Shown here one piece after another: positions 1 through 12,384 of a stretch of 64,000 nt of DNA (positions are counted from its first letter, which is position 1; every line of letters begins with the position of its first letter). Origin of the DNA: Eledone cirrhosa. Lineage: Eukaryota. The notes under the pieces were generated by a model. The model ran no database searches. It was not told the DNA's origin and saw only the letters and a list, made by a program, of their open reading frames with translations. The stretch lies in NCBI GenBank assembly GCA_964016885.1, contig OZ024743.1, positions 376,092,001 to 376,156,000 of the forward strand, written 5' to 3'. Position numbers and translations under genes: made by a program.

Positions 1-422
1 GGTTTCTGGGATTATCGTTATAGTTTTGCTGGGGGTATGTTGGACGTTTTGTTACTTTTTTTGTTATTTGTTGTGCATGTGGTGTGTGAGTTTTAGTTTG
101 TTTTAAAAATGGGTTACCTGTATGTTGTTCATTTTTGAAGTCCATTTCGTAGTTGTTGAACCAGGTGGCGTTTTTTTCCCATCGCTGGAGGGATGTGAGT
201 TCTTCATCCTCACAGTTTTCTTTCCAAAGTTTTAGGTTTTTTTTTTGTAGAGTAGGCCTTCAGAGTGCTTTGAGATGTCTGTGTCCATCTGTTGGTCGAG
301 TGACTTGAATTTTCTTCGTTGGAGTTGGCTCTTAATCGCAACAGTTCTATTTCTGTTTTAAATTTTTCCAATGCCATCTTTTCCCTAAGTCTTTGTTGGT
401 TCACGTGACAGCCAAATTTCAT
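1..422 (-). pseudogene. Frameshifted helical/coiled-coil-like ORF fragment, probably the upstream ORF of a Penelope-like element (runs off window start)
   Basis: Manual minus-strand translation across two frameshifts gives KFKTEIELLRLRANSNEE..LDQQMDTDISKHSEGLLY..LKLWKENCEDEELTSLQRWEKNATWFNNYEMDFKNEQHTGNPFLKQ, then an N/T/P/Q-rich tract. It is abutted at its 5' side by an inverted hammerhead-bearing repeat (480-880), as at the other truncated PLEs here. Confidence 0.45.
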
Positions 423-479
423 TTATAACCAACCAAAAAAAAGCCTTCGTGAGCCTCATTTTTTCAAGTAAAAAGAAAT

Positions 480-873
480 TCAAACACTCATATATGAAAA
501 AACAACATGTGACAACCCCCCCTCTCTTATTTGAAGAACTATTGTAACGCGAACTGGCGCGAAATTTATTATAATTATTGACAAACCAATCAAATTACTT
601 CTCGAAAAACCTGGTTTTCGAGCCACTTTTTCCATATAAAACAAGTAACATTTAGAGACCAACCAGATGTGAGAAAAACCACAGACCCTCCATCTCAACT
701 CACCTTTTGAAAAGCAGAAGAACTGCGAAACCGGTAAAGGAACCAAATAAATATATATATATTTAAAAAAAAAATAAGACTTCAGTTGCATTTTCGATTT
801 CATCCCTTTTTCTTTATACTTCTACTCGTGTAGGACACCTCGGTTATTTTTCATTTTGTAAAAAAAACCTCAC

Positions 874-880
<7 letters not shown>
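480..880 (+). mobile_element. PLE pseudo-LTR (pLTR) family A, ending in (TA)n
   Basis: Near-identical copy at ~11633-11999; its 3' end recurs inverted at ~36968-37080; contains a hammerhead at 703-740. Confidence 0.75.
703..740 (+). ncRNA. Minimal type I hammerhead ribozyme (U3/A8 core variant)
   Basis: cctt TTGAAAA gcag-aagaa-ctgc GAAA ccgg TA aagg: stem I cctt/aagg, 4-bp stem II, palindromic ACCGGT stem III. Confidence 0.8.
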
Positions 881-2300
<1,420 letters not shown>

Positions 2301-2388
2301 TGTGTCTCACCGTTCATTCAGATATTCATGTGTATACATAAGAAGAGGGGGGGGGTAGTGAAATGGAATTTTACCTCCGAGTGTTAAT

Positions 2389-3209
2389 TCATTTTTTCGT
2401 GTTCAGTAGTGGTTTACATTTTTCAATGAAGAATTCTTCTTTATATCTGCGGAAATGTTCGTTATCCGACCATATCTTGAAGAAAGGGAAGGTTGTGAAT
2501 TTTCCCTTCCCGCATGATGCAAAGTGTGCGTTACATGTGGTATTTCTGACTGTGGGGTCTTTAATCTGTTGTTTATGTACCCAGACTCTATCATGTAATC
2601 CCGTTCCGGTTTCCCCAATGTAATACTCTTTACACTGTGGACATGTTGCGCAATATATTAGGTTTTTCGTTTTGCAGTTCATGTTAGCATTGACCTTGAA
2701 ATTATCATGGTTTTTGAATGACAACTGTTTGCCCTCTTCGATGAGTTCACAGGTTCCACATCTAGGGTCCCCGCATTTCGTCACTTGCATTGATTCCATG
2801 TTGGTCGTAAATTTTGCCTTGGTAATTAGTTTTTTAAGGTTGGGTGCTTGGCGTCTGCTATAAATTATCTGTGTGTTTTTTAAGAGTGCATTCATTTTGG
2901 TAGATTGCTGTAGAATCGGGAGATACTGCTTAGCAGTTTTCACAATGTTGATGTTCCCTGGGTTGTGAGTGATGACAAAAGAGATAGCAGGGTTTTCTTT
3001 TTTATGTTGTGGGTTTGGTTTTCTCAGTGTTGTTATTGGGATGTTCTTAGCCTTGGAGATGGCTGCGTTGATGAGTTTCATCGGGTATTCTTGTTTTTTA
3101 AGGAATTTTTTCAGGTCACATAATCTTTTTTCTTGTAGTACGGGGTGTGTTGCTATAGTGCAGATGCGCCTTGCCATGTTGAAGAGAATGTTCCTTTTCG
3201 TATGTGAGG
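2389..3209 (-). mobile_element. 5'-truncated Penelope-like element (Neptune-like): RT thumb + Cys linker + GIY-YIG endonuclease
   Basis: ARRICTI..., RRQAPNLKKLITKAKF, KCGDPRCGTC, NLIYCATCPQCKEYYIGETG, HKQQI, FFIEKCKPLLN*; homologous by eye to the C-terminus of 4668-6956. Confidence 0.9.
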
Positions 3210-3584
3210 GGTATATATATGTATATGTATGTATGTATATGTGTATGTATGTGTGTATATATGTGTATATATATATATATACCCATGTGGAGGTATGTGT
3301 ACATATTCGTGTGTGTACGTATGTGTATATGTGTTTTTATATGTGTCTCTATATGTTTTTGTGTATGTATTTGTACAGGGGTGTGTGATTGATGGTGTGT
3401 GCCTATATATTCCTACATATGCCCGTGTGTGTACATATATGCACACATATATATGTGTGTGTTGAACAAAGGACTAACTTTGGGATGGACGTAGAAAGAT
3501 TCTTCAGGAAAAAAAGAAAAAAATAATTATTCACAAGCTTGACAGGTGCGATTTGCCTGTGACCATTCTCAACACAAAAGCAAT

Positions 3585-3754
3585 GCTAAAATTAATTTAT
3601 AAAATAATTTATAAAATAATTTTTTTTATAAAATTAATTTATAAATTAATTTATAAAATAATTTTTTTTAAGACAAATTCTTTTTGGATTTTGTGAAGAA
3701 AATAAATTTGTTGAAAGCACAAGTGAAGCCATTTTTTCTTCCCCCCTGTCTTAA

Positions 3755-3755
<1 letters not shown>
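3585..3755 (+). repeat. Dispersed repeat family B (AT-rich), also present as a palindrome at 10052-10279
   Basis: ttttggattttgtgaagaaaataaatttgttgaaagcacaagtgaa..tcttcccccctgtcttaata shared with 10205-10280. Confidence 0.8.
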
Positions 3756-4358
<603 letters not shown>

Positions 4359-4359
4359 A

Positions 4360-4710
4360 AATCCACCCAGGCCACTTGAAATCACAACAGAACTTACCCA
4401 CAACCACACCAGACATCACCCTCAATCCAACAAAAGACAACCCCCCAGCCTCAACACTCTGTACCACAGAAATAACGCACCCAGACCACATGAACCAACA
4501 ACAGAACCCTTGCTCATCAACAACCACAACACATACCACCCCCACCATCACATTCACCCTCATGAAACAACAAGCTACAGACCCACACGCAACAGACCAA
4601 CAAAATATAATCACACACAAAACTACATTCCTTTTTTAGGGAAAAGCCTGAAATACCAGGATACTCGATGGCCCCCCCCCCCCCCCCCCCTCAGGAGAAA
4701 CCAAAAATAA
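4360..4710 (+). CDS. 3' part of an upstream ORF of the PLE (H/N/P/T-rich, ends ...[28 protein letters not shown]), overlapping the RT ORF
   Basis: The frame of track ORF 4510..4710 stays open from 4360 (element boundary) to 4710; it contains T TTT TTA at 4632-4638 in the phase needed to slip -1 into the RT frame. A/C-rich DNA is stop-poor, so openness alone is weak evidence. Confidence 0.5.
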   Translation, partial: NPPRPLEITTELTHNHTRHHPQSNKRQPPSLNTLYHRNNAPRPHEPTTEPLLINNHNTYHPHHHIHPHETTSYRPTRNRPTKYNHTQNYIPFLGKSLKYQDTRWPPPPPPLRRNQK

Positions 4711-6956
4711 TCAACCTCTCAAAGACACCTCTAACCAACACACAAATCAACATTTTAAGTAAGGGCCTGAAATTTACACCTACACCACGTAAACCAAACT
4801 TCCCCGAAATGAAGGATGACATCATGGAATACTGCCGAAAGCTGCGACTAACGGAATTCTTCCACAACGACACCAACACTGAAGACGAATCACTGGTTAG
4901 AAATAAAAGCAATTTCTGCCCACAAAAGGGAAGAAATAAAGCACTGGACACGTACTGCGAACACATCACCAACTTTCCCTATGAAAAAATTACAAATAAA
5001 CACACGAAATCAAACCTATCTACACACGAATGGGAAGAATTATTCACACTTAGAAACAACCCTGAGATAACTATCAAAGAAGCCGATAAAGGCAGTACTG
5101 TTGTGATTATGAATACGGACTACTATAGGACCCTCGCACTTAACATTTTAGAAAACAACACATACTATGAAAAAACAGAAAACTACAAACACACCAAAAC
5201 AATGGGGAACCTTTTGACCTTACTGAATAAATACCGCAACAGCTTAACCACAAAAGAGTTTAACTATATAAGCCACTTCAAATGCAATACAAGCTCTTTT
5301 TACGGCTTACCGAAACTTCACAAATGTAAACCCATAAACGATGCATGTGACACCTCAACCAACAATTACATTGAACTAACACCACCAGAAGACCTAAAAC
5401 TCAGGCCAATTATAGCAGGCCCTACATGTGAAACCCACAGACTTAGCAACTTTCTGGACATCCTACTGAAACCCTTTCTACAACATATACAGAGCTACAT
5501 ACGAGATGACCTTGACATGCTGAAACACCTCCCTAAAACAGTAAGTGCAAATACAATTCTTGTCTCCTTTGACGTAATAAACCTCTACACAAACATACCT
5601 CACAACTATGGAATAACAGCAGTCCAATACTGGCTTAACACACACCCATCAGAAACACCGACACGCATCAACACAGATTTTATCACTGACGGACTCCGCT
5701 TTATCCTACAAAATAACTACTTCACATTCAATGGTTCAACATACAGACAAGTATCAGGTACGGCAATGGGCACGAAAGTAGCACCCACATATGCCAACCT
5801 AGTCATGGGATTCCATGAACAACAAATATACAGTCAGTCCCTTCTCTTATTTGGAGACTCTTTCCACACACACCTCAAAGCCAATTGGAAAAGATATCTA
5901 GACGACTGCTTTATCCTATGGCAAGAAGACATGAACTCACTTACTACGTTTAAAAACATGATAAACAACATAGATAATAACATACAATTCACAATGGAAT
6001 CCAATCCTAAGGAATTAGCCTTCTTGGATATTCTCATCTCTGTAATAGACGGGAAATTAGATACAGATATATTCTATAAACCCACAGATTCCAAGCAATA
6101 CCTCTTTTTCACATCAAGTCACCCAAAACATACAAAACTTAACATTCCTTACAATTTGGCCAAACGTATATGTACCATAGTATCAGATCCACCTAAACGG
6201 GAGCAAAGACTAAAGGAACTAAAAGACACCCTTATCTTAAGAGCCTTTCCACTTGAAATAATCAACAATGGAATAGACAGGGCAAAACACCTAAATCCCC
6301 ATCAACTTAACAATCCAAAACAGAAAACCACACTCAACACCCTGCCATATGTATCCACTTTCAACCCCAGAAATACCGAAATGTTTGATCACCTACACAA
6401 AAACCTCCCCATCCTACTTAAAGATGTAAAAATGAAGTCTATTCTTGAAACACACAAGATCCTTAAAAGTAAAAGACAACCCAAATCACTTAAACGCATT
6501 CTCACTGGACCAAATATACCCAAACCAATCCTCAACCCTACAGTTACCAAATGTGGTAGAACAAACTGTGGAACGTGCCTCTACCTCACTGAAGGACAAA
6601 CATTTACATTCAAAGATGGCCAAACATTTACAGTAAAAAACAATTTCACCTGCAACTCGGAGAACTTGATTTACGCAATAACTTGCGGTGGGTGCAAACA
6701 CAACTACATAGGACAGACGGGCACCTCATTACGCAAAAGAATGACCATCCACCGCCAACAAATCCGGGACGCTAACACAAGAAAAATCCCCTTGAGCAGC
6801 CATATTGCGAACTGCGCAGGAATGACACTACCCAACTTTAAAATCTTCCCCTTCTACAAGTGCTCAGATTCGTTCACACAACAACAAAGAATAAACAAAG
6901 AAAATCTATTCCTTAACAAATTTAAACCAAAACTAAACGGGTTATCACCCCAATAG
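4668..6956 (+). CDS. Penelope-like reverse transcriptase + GIY-YIG endonuclease (762 aa, uninterrupted)
   Basis: INLSK..LSKGLKFTPTP, IKEADKGSTVVIM, FYGLPKLHK, LRPIIAG, SFDVINLYTNIPH, GTAMGTKVAPTYANL, RYLDD, FLDI, KPTDSKQYLFFTSSHP, CGRTNCGTC, NLIYAITC..C..NYIGQTG, HRQQI. Confidence 0.95.
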   Translation: MAPPPPPPQEKPKIINLSKTPLTNTQINILSKGLKFTPTPRKPNFPEMKDDIMEYCRKLRLTEFFHNDTNTEDESLVRNKSNFCPQKGRNKALDTYCEHITNFPYEKITNKHTKSNLSTHEWEELFTLRNNPEITIKEADKGSTVVIMNTDYYRTLALNILENNTYYEKTENYKHTKTMGNLLTLLNKYRNSLTTKEFNYISHFKCNTSSFYGLPKLHKCKPINDACDTSTNNYIELTPPEDLKLRPIIAGPTCETHRLSNFLDILLKPFLQHIQSYIRDDLDMLKHLPKTVSANTILVSFDVINLYTNIPHNYGITAVQYWLNTHPSETPTRINTDFITDGLRFILQNNYFTFNGSTYRQVSGTAMGTKVAPTYANLVMGFHEQQIYSQSLLLFGDSFHTHLKANWKRYLDDCFILWQEDMNSLTTFKNMINNIDNNIQFTMESNPKELAFLDILISVIDGKLDTDIFYKPTDSKQYLFFTSSHPKHTKLNIPYNLAKRICTIVSDPPKREQRLKELKDTLILRAFPLEIINNGIDRAKHLNPHQLNNPKQKTTLNTLPYVSTFNPRNTEMFDHLHKNLPILLKDVKMKSILETHKILKSKRQPKSLKRILTGPNIPKPILNPTVTKCGRTNCGTCLYLTEGQTFTFKDGQTFTVKNNFTCNSENLIYAITCGGCKHNYIGQTGTSLRKRMTIHRQQIRDANTRKIPLSSHIANCAGMTLPNFKIFPFYKCSDSFTQQQRINKENLFLNKFKPKLNGLSPQ

Positions 6957-7244
6957 AATTGTCATAAAATATAAACACACATACGCACGGAATCACTACT
7001 ATTAAAGACCAGAGACCAATTCTGTAGAATCAGGTTTATTCATTGACAGACCATGCCTTTGTGTGACCAACACATCCATGTTAAACCCTGCACGTGCACA
7101 CACATATATCTATATATATATGCGCACACAGAATTCACCACTGTCGGTTGCGGGGCCCAATCTACATGAAGAACTCAATGCGATCAGAATGACTTGTATT
7201 TTAATTTCACTGCCCCAACTTCTTATATTATGGAAAAAATATAT

Positions 7245-7442
7245 GTGTCTGTATGTATATATATATATATATATTTGAAGGCCATTTCTCTGTGTGTGGG
7301 TGTATGTATGTGTGTGTGTGTGTGTGTGAGTATGTGTGTGCATGTGGATGTATGTATTGTGTGTGCGTGTGTGTGTGTGTGTGTGTGTATGTATGTGGGT
7401 ATCTGGATGTATGCGTATGTGTATATATATATATATATATGC

Positions 7443-7473
<31 letters not shown>

Positions 7474-7594
7474 TGTGTGTATGTGTGTATAATATGTGTG
7501 TGTGTGTGTGTGTGTATGTTTGTATGTGTGTATGTATATATATATATGTGTGTGTATGTATGTGTGTATCTGGATGTATGTGTATGTATATATA

Positions 7595-7647
<53 letters not shown>

Positions 7648-7714
7648 ATGTGTATATATATGTGTGTGTGTGTATGTGTGTATGTATATGTATGTGTGTG
7701 TGTATGTATGTGTG

Positions 7715-7757
<43 letters not shown>

Positions 7758-7800
7758 GTATATGTATGTATGTGTGGATGAAGGTATGTGTGTATATATA
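7245..7800. repeat. Compound (TG)n/(TA)n microsatellite within the PLE 3' region
   Basis: Directly visible between the ORF stop and the hammerhead-bearing end. Confidence 0.9.
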
Positions 7801-8105
7801 GGTGTAAGTGCACTAAATCCTTTTCTATCACGCTCCACTCTCCTACCCATCACAGGAAGATATGTGTGTGTATATTGCTTCCACCCCCTCACTGACCAGC
7901 AGCTGGCGATTGCTAAATCTGACCTTTATAAAATAACCCACACCCCAAATAACTTCTCATTCACTACCAGAAAGGGACACAGCAGTCAACCTGTTGTTGC
8001 TACCTAGATGAAAACTGCTATGAAATCCCACAATGAATTTTATACTTGAATTTTCAAGTCTCAAATTTTAACTCTTCGTATTATTAATTTTTCTTAATAT
8101 TAATC

Positions 8106-8153
8106 AACATTTGAAAAGATGGCTTTTGCAGACCCATCGAAACCGGTCATTTT
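8106..8153 (+). ncRNA. Type I hammerhead ribozyme (U3/A8 variant) at the 3' end of the PLE
   Basis: aacat TTGAAAA gatgg-cttttgcagac-ccatc GAAA ccgg TC atttt; stem I imperfect. Confidence 0.7.
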
Positions 8154-8289
8154 TTATACCCTTTATTATTTCCTTACCTTATAAAATTATGTTTTTTCAC
8201 AAAAAAGTATTCTGTCTCTTATATATTCCATGTGCCATTACCAACCTCAATTTTCTCTATAACCTTCGTTTTGTGTAGAAAATTACACT

Positions 8290-8450
<161 letters not shown>

Positions 8451-8476
8451 TGTATATATATATATATATATATATA

Positions 8477-9953
8477 ACGAAGGAAATGTGGTAAGGAACC
8501 AGGTGGACCATAACGCACCAAAGTACTCAAAACTACTAGGGTAGTAGAGTGGGTAATAGGAACCAGTAAGAGCCCGACGGCTGAGCTCAAGCCGTTTCGA
8601 CGTATGATAACTATAGAGAATTCCTTACGTCATCAGGGAGTCTATTCTCAGCTAAGTTCCCAGGCAATGCGCGGACACTAGGAACCCATATAAAAATAAT
8701 AATTCAGTGGATGGAATAAAGCTCGCTGGGACTAAATTCCATATCACTGAACAAATTCATTGCCTCTTTGGTCAGTGGCACATTCTAAAGGATCAATCAC
8801 GTGACACTGAGGTTAATCAGTGAGGAGTGGGGTGGTATTATTTTAAGAGCCTACTACTACCATGACTCACAGCAGTAAATTTTGGCAAGTTTTACTCAAC
8901 AAATAATTTGGAGATAAATATAGAGAATTAGTATATCTACCAACATATGTATACAGATGTATACCCATGCTGATTAACCACACTGATTAACCTCACTGAT
9001 TAACCTCAGTGTCACGTGATTGATCCTTTAGAATCTGCCACTGACCAAAGAGGCAGTGAATTTTTCAGTGCTTTGGAATTTAGTGCCCGCTAGCTTTATT
9101 CGATCCACTGAATTATTATTTTTATATGGGTTCCTAGTTTCCGCGCATTGCCTGGGAACTTAGCTGAGAATAGACTCCCTGATGACGCAAGGAATTCTCT
9201 ATAGTTATCATACGTAACTATATTAATCCCCTTACAGAAACTAATTAGTTGGAGTGAAAATTTTAGTAAGTAAGTTAATTTTTAATTTTTAAAATTTTCT
9301 TATTTTACGTCTTTCATATAATTGTTCTGCATCCCCCTGCATAGAACCACAAAGGTACTAAGACATAACATATATATTTGCTAGCATGGGTATACATCTG
9401 TATACATATGTTGGTAGATATACTAATTCTCTATATTTATCTCCAAATTATTTTGTTGAACAAAAATTTGCCAAAACTACTACTATAGTTTATAGTAATA
9501 GTCCGGCTACTGTCTTCTTAACACCCCACTCCTCACTGATTAACCTCGATGTCACGTGATTGATTCTTTTGAATTTGCCACCGACCAGGCAGTGATTTTT
9601 TCAATGTCTTGGAATTTAGTCCTCGCTTGCTTTTTTCCATCCACTGAATTATTTTTGCATAAGTTCCCTGTGTCCACGCATCGCCTGGGAACTTAGCTGA
9701 GAATTGACTTCCTGATGACGAAAGGTATTCTCCATGTTCCATCGGAAACCATGTTTATTCCCTTTCAGAAACTAATTAGTTGGTGTGAAATTTTAGTAAA
9801 TAAGTTAATTTTTATAATTTTATTATCTTACGTCTTTCATATAATTGTTCTGCATCCCCTTGCATTGAACCACAAAGTTACTAAGACAAAACCTATATAT
9901 TTGCTAGCATAGGTATGCATCTGTATATATATATGTTGGTAGATATACTAATT

Positions 9954-9957
<4 letters not shown>
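8477..9957. mobile_element. Rearranged pLTR cluster (family C) made of inverted and tandem partial copies
   Basis: 8601-8820 is inverted at ~8995-9215; 9230-9440 is repeated at 9760-9957; 8477-8600 matches 36655-36782 (inverted) and 51508-51630. Confidence 0.75.
8569..8643 (-). ncRNA. Type I hammerhead ribozyme
   Basis: Minus strand: agactcc CTGATGA cgta-(21 nt)-tacgtc GAAA cggct-tgagctc-agccg TC gggctct; stem III loop contains the palindrome TGAGCTCA. Confidence 0.75.
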
Positions 9958-10048
<91 letters not shown>

Positions 10049-10051
10049 TAT

Positions 10052-10279
10052 ATTAAGACAGGGGGGAAGAAAAAATGGCTTCACTTGTGCTTTCAACAAA
10101 TTTATTTTCTTCACAAAATCCAAAAATAATTTTTCTTAAAAAAAATTATTTTATAAATTAAGTTACAACTTAATTTATAAAATAATTTTTTTTAAGAAAA
10201 ATTCTTTTTGGATTTTGTGAAGAAAATAAATTTGTTGAAAGCACAAGTGAAACCATTTTTTCTTCCCCCCTGTCTTAAT
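10052..10279. repeat. Near-perfect palindrome of repeat family B
   Basis: Arms attaagacaggggggaag... / ...cttcccccctgtcttaat, centre aagttacaactt ~10165. Confidence 0.9.
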
Positions 10280-10311
10280 ATACCTAACTGTATCAAGGAT
10301 TACACACATTT

Positions 10312-10525
<214 letters not shown>

Positions 10526-10757
10526 CTGTATATATATATATATATATATCTGTATATATTTATTCACGTTTGAGGTTCACCACTGTATAGAGCTGGTCTA
10601 TTCCGTATGGTCAATCGTAATGCAATTATATAGAGAGTACTCAACGTAAGGCAGTTCAACCGTCTTTGTTTTTGTAGTTGGTCGTGCTATTACGGAGTTA
10701 AATATTATAATGAAATGACAGGAGGCTGGATTTGTGTAAATCCTTGAAAGGTTTATT

Positions 10758-10815
10758 ATACTATGATCATTTCAATGACCGGGTTCCGTATGAATCCGGT
10801 GATATCATCAGGTAT
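10758..10815 (-). ncRNA. Type I hammerhead ribozyme
   Basis: Minus strand: atac CTGATGA tatc-accgg..ccggt-catt GAAA tgatca TA gtat; palindromic stem III ATGATCAT. Confidence 0.75.
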
Positions 10816-10960
10816 TCGAAATATAATACGTGAATGTAATAGATAAAATCCATGGGGCTGAAAATCGAGGACCCTAGGGCGACCGCTATTCTGTTCCTTC
10901 AACCTCAGCCGGTCGCCCTGGATTTACACAAATGCAGCCTCCTGTCATTTCATTATTATA

Positions 10961-11033
<73 letters not shown>

Positions 11034-11050
11034 GTATATATATATCTATA

Positions 11051-11155
<105 letters not shown>

Positions 11156-11197
11156 GATATTAATAAATGGAAACTATATTTATAAAACCATATTTAT

Positions 11198-11257
11198 TTC
11201 ATTATACATATTTCAGGGATACCATATTAAATTATGGTATGCCCTCATCAGAAAAAA
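11198..11257 (-). ncRNA. Type I hammerhead ribozyme, pLTR family D
   Basis: Minus strand: CTGATGA ggg-c-atacca..tggtat-ccct GAAA tatg TA; homologous to 29597-29656 and 32158-32217, with stem II covariation (ggg/ccc vs agg/cct). Confidence 0.7.
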
Positions 11258-11513
11258 TACAATATATAACAGTTTTACAAATAGCTTTGACGTACCCTTT
11301 TAAAATACAACCATTACTTTTGGAGGCTGTCTGGATAGTCACTATCAGTGGTGCTATTGTTTCCTCCCGTTACATTGTATGTCTACGCAACAGTGAGTGT
11401 GTTCTGTTATTAATTCTGGCAATATTACACAAATATGACCCTCCCCAAGTATAACAATATTTGTTTCGACACACGATTTCATATAAAAAACCTCGCAAAA
11501 GTAATTCATCGTC

Positions 11514-11991
11514 GTAATTTGATTGGTTTGTCAATAATTATAATACATTTCGCGCCAGTTCGCGTTACAATAGTTCTTCAAATGAGAGGGGGGGGGGGGG
11601 GGGGGGGGGGGTTGTCACAGGTTGTTTTTTTCACCCCCCCCTCTTATTTGAAGAACTATTGTAACGCGAACTGGCGCGAAATATATTATAATTATTGACA
11701 AACCAATCAAATTACTTCTCGAAAAACCTGGCATTTCGAGCCACTTTTTCCATATAAAACAAGTAACATTCAGAGACCAACCAGATGTGAGAAAAACCAC
11801 AGACCCTCCATCTCAACTCACCTTTTGAAAAGCAGAAGAACTGCGAAACCGGTAAAGGAACCAAATAAATATATATATTAAAAAAAAAAATAAGACTCCA
11901 GTTGCATTTTCGATTTCATCTCCTTTTCTTTATACTTTCACTCGTGTAGGACACCTCGGTTATTTTTCATTTTGTAAAAAAAAACCCTCAC

Positions 11992-11999
<8 letters not shown>
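11514..11999 (+). mobile_element. pLTR family A copy with inverted 5' duplication (palindrome 11514-11715)
   Basis: Matches ~515-880; gtaatttgattgg...ccaatcaaattac arms. Confidence 0.8.
11821..11858 (+). ncRNA. Minimal hammerhead ribozyme, identical to 703-740
   Basis: cctt TTGAAAA gcagaagaactgc GAAA ccgg TA aagg. Confidence 0.8.
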
Positions 12000-12029
<30 letters not shown>

Positions 12030-12054
12030 GTATATATATATATATATATATCTG

Positions 12055-12093
<39 letters not shown>

Positions 12094-12238
12094 CTGTATA
12101 TATATGTATATGTATATATATATGTATATATATATATATATCTGTATATATCTGTATATATCTATATATATCTGTATATATATGTATATATATATATATC
12201 TATATATCTGTATATATATGTATATATATATCTGTATA

Positions 12239-12271
<33 letters not shown>

Positions 12272-12314
12272 CTGTATATATATGTATATATATATATATA
12301 TATCTATCTGTGTA

Positions 12315-12355
<41 letters not shown>

Positions 12356-12384
12356 GTATGTATATATATGTATATATACATACA

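Noticed and set aside
9174-9760. CTGATGA motifs at ~9179 and ~9712
   Set aside because: 5' halves only; GAAA/stem III/stem I partner missing or degenerate
10215-10256. Hammerhead-like GTGAAGA...GAAA in repeat family B (also 3692-3733)
   Set aside because: G at position 3 and no convincing stem I or UH cleavage triplet
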